Positions 1 through 8,800 of a stretch of DNA of 15,588 bases are shown piece by piece. The notes beneath the pieces were generated by a model that saw only the letters and a list, made by a program, of their open reading frames with translations, did not search any database and had not been told where the DNA came from. This DNA is from Utricularia gibba (taxonomy: Eukaryota; Plantae; Magnoliophyta): the NCBI GenBank assembly GCA_002189035.1, contig NEEC01000473.1, positions 1 to 15,588 of the forward strand. The letters are read 5' to 3'. Every line of letters starts with the position of its first letter. Position 1 is the first letter of the stretch. The translations under genes were made by a program, and so were the position numbers.

Positions 1-157
1 AAACGAGAAGCTGTTCCTTGAAAAACCATGTAGGCAGCCCCTGAAAACCGAACGTTAATAAATGCATCACTTTAGTTGCAGGCTACAACTAACTTTCGGC
101 CCAAGCCCAACCTGACCATTGTCCCGTTCAAGGTGCCCCCCAAGACCGCCTCCTCAA

Positions 158-215
158 GTATAAAGTAAGTTGTTGAAAAAATCATGTGGGGTGCACGTGA
201 CATCTTACTTTAAAC
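158..215. repeat. 16-bp imperfect inverted repeat with 26-bp spacer, repeated in each monomer
   Basis: GTATAAAGTAAGTTGT (158-173) vs ACATCTTACTTTAAAC (200-215): 14/16 complementary, with a perfect 9-bp core TAAAGTAAG/CTTACTTTA. Confidence 0.85.
194..201 (-). promoter_or_regulatory. GTCACGTG E-box/G-box-type motif (sequence match only), one per monomer
   Basis: The plus strand reads CACGTGAC, and it looked intact in all 51 copies by eye. It matches the RTCACGTG consensus bound by bHLH-ZIP (Cbf1/USF) and plant G-box factors. There is no evidence of binding. Confidence 0.3.
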
Positions 216-2699
216 AAACGCATCATTATTTTCGTCGACTCGCACCGGTTGGACTCATGAGCCGGACTGAACGGGGGGCCCGACCAAGTGCCTAGCGAGA
301 GTAGTCGCCACAAAACGAGAAGCTGTTCCTTGAAAAACCTGTAGGCAGCCCCTGAAAACCGAACGTTAATAAATGCATCACTTTATTGCAAGGCTACAAC
401 TAACTTTCGGCCCAAGCCAACCTGACCATTGTCCCGTTCAGGTGCCCCCAAGACCGCCTCCTCAAGTATAAAGTAAGTTGTTGAAAAAATCATGTGGGTG
501 CACGTGACATCTTACTTTAAACAAATGCATCATTATTTTTCGTCGCACCCGGATTGGACTCATGAGCGGGGAAACGCAGCGCCGGACCAAGTGCCCAGCG
601 AGAGTAGTCGCCACAAAACGAGAAGCTGTTCCTTGAAAAACCATGTAGGCAGCCCCTGAAAACCGAACGTTAATAAATGCATCACTTTAGTTGCCAGGCT
701 ACAACTAACTTTCGTCCCAAGCCCAACCTGACCATTGTCCCGTTCCAGGTGCCCCCAAGACCGCCTCCTCAAGTATAAAGTAAGTTGTTGAAAAAATCAT
801 GTGGGGTGCACGTGACATCTTACTTTAAACAAATGCATCATTATTTTCGTCGACTCGCACCGGTTGGGCTCATGAGCCGGACCAAACGGAGGGCCGACCA
901 AGTGCCCAGTTAAGTGGCCAACAAAACGAGAAGCTGTTCCTTGAAAAACCATGTAGGCAGCCCCTGAAAACCGAACGTTAATAAATGCATCACTTTAGTT
1001 GCCAGGCTACAACTAACTTTCGGCCCAAACCAACCTGACCATTGTCCCGTTCAGGTGCCCCCCAAGACCGCCTCCTCAAGTATAAAGTAAGTTGTTGAAA
1101 AAATCATGTGGGGTGCACGTGACATCTTACTTTAAACAAATGCATCATTATTTTCGTCGACTCGCACCCGGTTGGGCTCATGAGCCGGACCAAACGGAGG
1201 GGACCAAGTGCCCAGTTAAGTGGCCACACAAAACGAGAAGCTGTTCCTTGAAAAACCTTGTAGGCAGCCCCGAAAACCGAACGTTAATAAATGCATCACT
1301 TTTAGTTGCCAGGCTACAACTAACTTTCGGCCCAAACCTAACCTGACCATTGTCCCGTTTTAGGTGCCCCCCAAGACCGCCTCCTCAAGTATAAAGTAAG
1401 TTGTTGAAAAAATCATGTGGGGTGCACGTGACATCTTACTTTAAACAAATGCATCATTATTTTCGTCGACTCGCACCGGTTGGACTCATGAGCCGGACCG
1501 AAACGCAGCGCCGACCAAGTGCCAGCGAGAGTGCCACAAAACGAGAAGCTGTTCCTTTAAAAACCATGTAGGCAGCCCCTGAAAACCGAACGTTAATAAA
1601 TGCATCACTTTAGTTGCCAGGCTACAACTAACTTTCGGCCCAAGCCAACCTGACCATTGTCCCGTTCCAGGTGCCCCCAAGACCGCCTCCTCAAGTATAA
1701 AGTAAGTTGTTGAAAAATCATGTGGGGTGCACGTGACATCTTACTTTAAACAAATGCATCATTATTTTCGTCGACTCGCACCGGTTGGACTCATGAGCCG
1801 GACCAAACGGAGGGCGACCAAGTGCGTGGTCGCCACAAAACGAGAAGCTGTTCCTTGAAAAACCATGTAGGCAGCCCCTGAAAACCGAACGTTAATAAAT
1901 GCATCACTTTAGTTGCCAGGCTACAACTAACTTTCGGCCCAAGCCCAACCTGACCATTGTCCCGTTCAAGGTGCCCCCAAGACCGCCTCCTCAAGTATAA
2001 AGTAAGTTGTTGAAAAAATCATGTGGGGTGCACGTGACATCTTACTTTAAACAAATGCATCATTATTTTCGTCGACTCGCACCGGTTTGGACTCATGAGC
2101 CGGACTGAACGGGCGCCCGACCAAGTGCCAGCGAGAGTAGTCGCACAAAACGAGAAGCTGTTCCTTGAAAAACCATGTAGGCAGCCCCTGAAAACCGAAC
2201 GTTAATAAATGCATCACTTTATTTTGCAAGGCTACAACTAACTTTCGTCCAAGCCCAACCTGACCATTGTCCCGTTCAGGTGCCCCCAAGACCGCCTCCT
2301 CAAGTATAAAGTAAGTTGTTGAAAAAATCATGTGGGGTGCACGTGACATCTTACTTTAAACAAATGCATCATTATTTTCGTCGCACCGGTTGGACTCATG
2401 AGCGGGACCGAACGCAGCGCCGACCAAGTGCCCAGCGAGAGTAGTCGCCACAAAACGAGAAGCTGTTCCTTGAAAAACCATGTAGGCAGCCCCTGAAAAC
2501 CGAACGTTAATAAATGCATCACTTTAGTTGCCAGGCTACAACTAACTTTCGGCCCAAGCCCAACCTGACCATTGTCCCGTTCCAGGTGCCCCCAAGACCG
2601 CCTCCTCAAGTATAAAGTAAGTTGTTGAAAAAATCATGTGGGGTGCACGTGACATCTTACTTTAAACAATGCATCATTATTTTCGTCGACTCGCACCGG

Positions 2700-2870
2700 T
2701 TGGGCTCATGAGCCGGACCAAACGGAGGGCTTGACCAAGTGCCCAGTTAAAGTGGCCGACACAAAACGAGAAGCTGTTCCTTGAAAAACCTTGTAGGCAG
2801 CGCCCGAAAACCGAACGTTAATAAATGCATCACTTTATTGCAAGGCTACAAACTAACTTTCGTCCCAAGC
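2700..2870 (+). repeat. Representative type-B haplotype block
   Basis: Linked alleles GGGCTC, CCAAACGGAGGGCTTGACC, AGTTAAAGTGGCCGAC, CCTTGTAGG, CCCGAAAA, TTTATT(T)GCAAGG and TTCGTCCC occur together. The same combination is seen near 9790-9955, 12555-12730, 13790-13945 and 14695-14855. Confidence 0.9.
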
Positions 2871-5800
2871 CAACCTGACCATTGTCCCGTTCTAGGTGCC
2901 CCAAGACCGCCTCCTCAAGTATAAAGTAAGTTGTTGAAAAAAATCATGTGGGGTGCACGTGACATCTTACTTTAAACAAATGCATCATTTATTTTCGTCG
3001 ACTCGCACCGTTGGACTCATGAGCCGGACCGAACGCAGCGCCGACCAAGTGCCAGCGAGAGTAGCCGCACAAAACGAGAAGCTGTTCCTTGAAAAACCAT
3101 GTAGGCAGCCCCTGAAAACCGAACGTTAATAAATGCATCACTTTAGTTGCCAGGCTACAACTAACTTTCGGCCCAAGCCAAACCTGACCATTGTCCCGTT
3201 CCAGGTGCCCCCAAGACCGCCTCCTCAAGTATAAAGTAAGTTGTTGAAAAAATCATGTGGGGTGCACGTGACATCTTACTTTAAACAAATGCATCATTAT
3301 TTTCGTCGACTCGCACCGGTTGGGCTCATGAGCCGGACCAAACGGAGGGCTTGACCAAGTGCCAGTTAAAGTGGCCACACAAAACGAGAAGCTGTTCCTT
3401 GAAAAACCTTGTAGGCAGCCCCAAAACCGAACGTTAATAAATGCATCACTTTAGTTGCCAGGCTACAACTAACTTTCGGCCAAAAAACCTGACCATTGTC
3501 CCGTTCTAGGTGCCCCCAAGACCGCCTCCTCAAGTATAAAGTAAGTTGTTGAAAAAATCATGTGGGGTGCACGTGACATCTTACTTTAAACAAATGCATC
3601 ATTATTTTCGTCGACTCGCACCGGATTGGACTCATGAGCGGGACCGAACGCAGCGCCGACCAAGTGCCCAGCGAGAGTAGTGCCACAAAACGAGAAGCTG
3701 TTCCTTTAAAAACCATGTAGGCAGCCCCTGAAAACCGAACGTTAATAATGCATCACTTTAGTTGCCAGGCTACAACTAACTTTTCGGCCCAAACCAACTG
3801 ACCTTTGTCCCGTTCTAGGTGCCCCCCAAGACCGCCTCCTCAAGTATAAAGTAAGTTGTTGAAAAAATCATGTGGGGTGCACGTGACATCTTACTTTAAA
3901 CAAACGCATCATTATTTTCGTCGACTCGCAGCCGGTTGGACTCATGAGCCGGACAGAACGGGGGGCCCGACCAAGTGCCTAGCGAGAGTAGTCGCCACAA
4001 AACGAGAAGCTGTTCCTTTAAAAACCATGTAGGCAGCCCCCTAAAAAACCGAACGTTAATAAATGCATCACTTTTTTGCCAGGCTACAACTACTTTCGGC
4101 CAAACCCAACCTGACCATTGTCCCGTTCCAGGTGCCCCCAAGACCGCCTCCAAAGTATAAAGTAAGTTGTTTAAAAAAAATCATGTGGGGTGCACGTGAC
4201 ATTTTACTTTAAAAAATGCATCATTATTTTCGTCGACTCGCACCCGGTTGGGCTCATGAGCGGACTGAACGGGGGCTGACCAAGTGCCCAGCGAGAGTAG
4301 TCGCCACAAAACGAGAAGCTGTTCCTTTAAAAACCATGTAGGCAGCCCCTGAAAACCGAACGTTAATAAATGCATCACTTTAGTTGCAGGCTACAACTAA
4401 CTTTCGGCCCAAGCCAAACCTGACCATTGTCCCGTTCCAGGTGCCCCCCAAGACCGCCTCCTCAAGTATAAAGTAAGTTGTTGAAAAAATCATGTGGGGT
4501 GCACGTGACATCTTACTTTAAACAAATGCATCATTATTTTCGTCGACTCGCACCGGTTGGACTCATGAGCGGACTGAACGGGCGGCCCGACCAAGTGCCT
4601 AGCGAGAGTAGTCGCCACAAAACGAGAAGCTGTTCCTTGAAAAACCATGTAGGCAGCCCCTGAAAACCGAACGTTAATAAATGCATCACTTTAGTTGCCA
4701 GGCTACAACTAACTTTCGGCCCAAACCCCTGACCATTGTCCCGTTCCAGGTGCCCCCCAAGACCGCCTCCTCAAGTATAAAGTAAGTTGTTGAAAAAAAT
4801 CATGTGGGGTGCACGTGACATCTTACTTTAAACAAATGCATCATTTTCGTCGACTCGCACCGGTTGGGTCATGAGCCGGACCAAAACGGAGGGCTTGACC
4901 AAGTGCCCAGTTAAAGTGGCCGCACAAAACGAGAAGCTGTTCCTTGAAAAACCTGTAGGCAGCCCCGAAAACCGAACGTTAATAAATGCATCACTTTATT
5001 TGCAAGGCTACAACTAACTTTCGGCCCAAGCCAAACCTGACCATTGTCCCGTTCAGGTGCCCAAGACCGCCTCCTCAAGTATAAAGTAAGTTGTTGAAAA
5101 AATCATGTGGGGTGCACGTGACATCTTACTTTAAAAATTGCATCATTATTTTCGTCGACTCGCACCGTTGGGCTCATGAGCCGGACCGAACGCAGCGCCG
5201 ACCAAGTGCCCAGTGAGAGTGGCCGACACAAAACGAGAAGCTGTTCCTTTAAAAACCATGTAGGCAGCCCCTGAAAACCGAACGTTAATAAATGCATCAC
5301 TTTAGTTGCCAGGCTACAACTAACTTTCGGCCCAAACCAAACCTGACCATTGTCCCGTTCCAGGTGCCCCCCAAGACCGCCTCCTCAAGTATAAAGTAAG
5401 TTGTTGAAAAAATCATGTGGGGTGCACGTGACATCTTACTTTAAACAAATGCATCATTATTTTCGTCGACTCGCACCGGTTGGGCTCATGAGCCGGACCA
5501 AACGGGGGCTTGACCAAGTGCCCAGTTAAAGTGGCCACAAAACGAGAAGCTGTTCCTTGAAAAACCTTGTAGGCAGCGCCCGAAAACCGAACGTTAATAA
5601 ATGCATCACTTTATTTGCCAGGCTACAACTAACTTTCGGCCCAACCAAACCTGACCATTGTCCCGTTCTAGGTACCCCCAAGACCGCCTCCTCAAGTATA
5701 AAGTAAGTTGTTGAAAAAATCATGTGGGGTGCACGTGACATCTTACTTTAAAAATTGCATCATTATTTTCGTCGACTCGCACCTTTGGGCTCATGAGCCG

Positions 5801-8800
5801 GACCGAACGCAGCGCCCGACCAAGTGCCCAGTGAGAGTGGCCGACACAAAACGAGAAGTTGTTCCTTTAAAAACCATGTAGGCAGCCCCTGAAAACCGAA
5901 CGTTAATAAATGCATCACTTTAGTTGCCAGGCTACAACTAACTTTCGGCCCAAAAACCTGACCATTGTCCCGTTCCAGGTGCCCCCAAGACCGCCTCCTC
6001 AAGTATAAAGTAAGTTGTTGAAAAAATCATGTGGGGTGCACGTGACATCTTACTTTAAACAAATGCATCATTATTTTCGTCGACTCGCACCTGGTTGGGC
6101 TCATGAGCCGGACCAACGGAGGGCTTGACCAAGTGCCCAGTTAAAGTGGCCGACACAAAACGAGAAGCTGTTCCTTGAAAAACCTTGTAGGCAGCCCCGA
6201 AACCGAACGTTAATAAATGCATCACTTTAGTTGCCAGGCTACAACTAACTTTCGGCCCAAACCAACCTGACCATTGTCCCGTTTTAGGTGCCCCCCAAGA
6301 CCGCCTCCTCAAGTATAAAGTAAGTTGTTGAAAAAATCATGTGGGGTGCACGTGACATCTTACTTTAAACAAATGCATCATTATTTTCGTCGACTCGCAC
6401 CGGTTGGACTCATGAGCCGGACCGAACGGGCGCCGACCAAGTGCCCAGCGAGAGTAGTGCCACAAAACGAGAAGCTGTTCCTTTAAAAACCATGTAGGCA
6501 GCCCCTGAAAACCGAACGTTAATAAATGCATCACTTTAGTTGCCAGGCTACAACTAACTTTCGGCCCAAACCAACCTGACCATTGTCCCGTTCCAGGTGC
6601 CCCCAAGACCGCCTCCTCAAGTATAAAGTAAGTTGTTGAAAAAATCATGTGGGGTGCACGTGACATCTTACTTTAAACAAATGCATCATTATTTTCGTCG
6701 ACTCGCACCGGTTGGGCTCATGAGCCGGACCGAACGGGGGGCCCGACCAAGTGCCAGGAGAGTAGTCGCCACAAAACGAGAAGTTGTTCCTTTAAAAACC
6801 ATGTAGGCAGCCCGAAAACGAACGTTAATAAATGCATCACTTTATTGCCAGGCTACAACTAACTTTCGGCCCAAGCCAAACCTGACCATTGTCCGTTCCA
6901 GGTGCCCCCAAGACCGCCTCCTCAAGTATAAAGTAAGTTGTTGAAAAAATCATGTGGGGTGCACGTGACATCTTACTTTAAACAAATGCATCATTATTTT
7001 CGTCGACTCGCACCGGATTGGCCTCATGAGCCGGACTGAACGGGGGGCCCGACCAAGTGCCAGCGAGAGTAGTCGCCACAAAAACGAGAAGCTGTTCCTT
7101 GAAAAACCATGTAGGCAGCCCCTGAAAACCGAACGTTAATAAATGCATCACTTTAGTTGCCAGGCTACAACTAACTTTCGGCCCAACCAAACCTGACCAT
7201 TGTCCCGTTCAGGTGCCCCCAAGACCGCCTCCTCAAGTATAAAGTAAGTTGTTGAAAAAATCATGTGGGGTGCACGTGACATCTTACTTTAAACAAATGC
7301 ATCATTATTTTCGTCGACTCGCACCGGTTGGGCTCATGAGCCGGACCAAACGGAGGCTTGACCAAGTGCCCAGTTAAAGTGGCCAACACAAAACGAGAAG
7401 CTGTTCCTTGAAAAACCTTGTAGGCAGCCCCGAAAACCGAACGTTAATAAATGCATCACTTTAGTTTGCCAGGCTACAACTAACTTTCGTCCCAAGCCAA
7501 ACCTGACCATTGTCCCGTTCTAGGTGCCCCCAAGACCGCCTCCTCAAGTATAAAGTAAGTTGTTGAAAAAATCATGTGGGGTGCACGTGACATTTTACTT
7601 TTAAAAATTGCATCATTATTTTCGTCGACTCGCACCCGTTGGGCTCATGAGCCGGACGAACGGCGCCCGACCAAGTGCCCCGTGAGAGTGGCCGACACAA
7701 AACGAGAAGTTGTTCCTTTAAAAACCATGTAGGCAGCCCCTGAAAACCGAACGTTAATAAATGCATCACTTTAGTTGCCAGGCTACAACTAACTTTCGGC
7801 CCAAGCCAAACCTGACCATTGTCCCGTTCCAGGTGCCCCCAAGACCGCTCCTCAAGTATAAAGTAAGTTGTTGAAAAAATCATGTGGGGTGCACGTGACA
7901 TCTTACTTTAAACAAATGCATCATTATTTTCGTCGACTCGCACCGGTTGGGCTCATGAGCCGGACCAAACGGAGGGACCAAGTGCCCAGTTAGAGTGGCC
8001 AACAAAACGAGAAGCTGTTCCTTGAAAAACCTTGTAGGCAGCGCCCGAAACCGAACGTTAATAAATGCATCACTTTAGTTGCCAGGCTACAACTAACTTT
8101 CGGCCCAAGCCAACCTGACCATTGTCCCGTTCAGGTGCCCCCAAGACCGCCTCCTCAAGTATAAAGTAAGTTGTTGAAAAAATCATGTGGGGTGCACGTG
8201 ACATCTTACTTTAAACAAATGCATCATTATTTTCGTCGACTCGCACCGGATTGGACTCATGAGCCGGACCGAACGGGCGCCCGACCAAGTGCCAGTGAGA
8301 GTGGCCGCACAAAACGAGAAGCTGTTCCTTGAAAACCATGTAGGCAGCCCCTGAAAACCGAACGTTAATAAATGCATCACTTTAGTTGCCAGGCTACAAC
8401 TAACTTTCGGCCCAAGCCAAACCTGACCATTGTCCCGTTCCAGGTGCCCCCCAAGACCGCCTCCTCAAGTATAAAGTAAGTTGTTGAAAAAATCATGTGG
8501 GGTGCACGTGACATCTTACTTTAAACAAATGCATCATTATTTTCGTCGACTCGCACCGGTTGGACTCATGAGCCGGACCGAACGGGCGCCGACCAAGTGC
8601 CCAGCGAGAGTAGTGCCACACAAAACGAGAAGCTGTTCCTTGAAAAACCATGTAGGCAGCCCTGAAAACCGAACGTTAATAAATGCATCACTTTAGTTGC
8701 CAGGCTACAACTAACTTTCGGCCCAAGCCAAACCTGACCATTGTCCCGTTCCAGGTGCCCCCAAAGACCGCCTCCTCAAGTATAAAGTAAGTTGTTGAAA

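Larger units (their letters stand above)
1..312 (+). repeat. Representative monomer (type A: CTGAACGGGGGGCCCGACC...AGCGAGAGTAGTCGCCAC)
   Basis: First complete unit, defined between AAACGAGAAG anchors at 1 and 313. The phase is arbitrary. Confidence 0.97.
18..327 (+). repeat. Two diverged ~155-bp sub-repeats inside the monomer (18-172 vs 173-327)
   Basis: Matches at offset 155-156: TTGAAAAACCATGTAGG (18) / TTGAAAAAATCATGTGGG (173); AAATGCATCA (60) / AAAYGCATCA (216); AGCC (104/260); AGGTGCC (131) / AAGTGCC (286), which is CCAGGTGCCC vs CCAAGTGCCC in most copies. Confidence 0.8.

Noticed and set aside
38-151. 5S rRNA-like words (CCCTGAAA, AGACCGCCT)
   Set aside because: Only 8-9-bp matches, spaced ~105 bp apart instead of ~70. 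There is no continuous ~120-nt 5S homology, and I saw no tRNA fold or other RNA gene.
190-215. dif/Xer-like site: GGTGCACGTGA-CATC-TTACTTTAAAC, each arm 8/11 to the E. coli dif arms GGTGCGCATAA and TTATGTTAAAT
   Set aside because: The central region is 4 bp rather than the 6 bp of dif, the inner arm bases deviate, and there is no recombinase or cargo. Most likely chance.
158-215. MITE/transposon terminal inverted repeats or an intrinsic terminator
   Set aside because: The arms enclose only 26 bp, no target-site duplication is evident, and the stem is AT-rich with no GC hairpin followed by a U-tract.
1-235. Phased A-tracts or intrinsic curvature
   Set aside because: A/T runs at about 1, 21, 44, 60, 162, 176, 209 and 229 show only partial ~21-bp spacing, not a sustained 10-11-bp phase. 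A curvature calculation would be needed.
1268-1280. CENP-B box-like CCCG...CGAA in the B allele (CCCGAAAACCGAA)
   Set aside because: The spacing is 2 bp too short for TTCGnnnnAnnCGGG and the central conserved base is missing.
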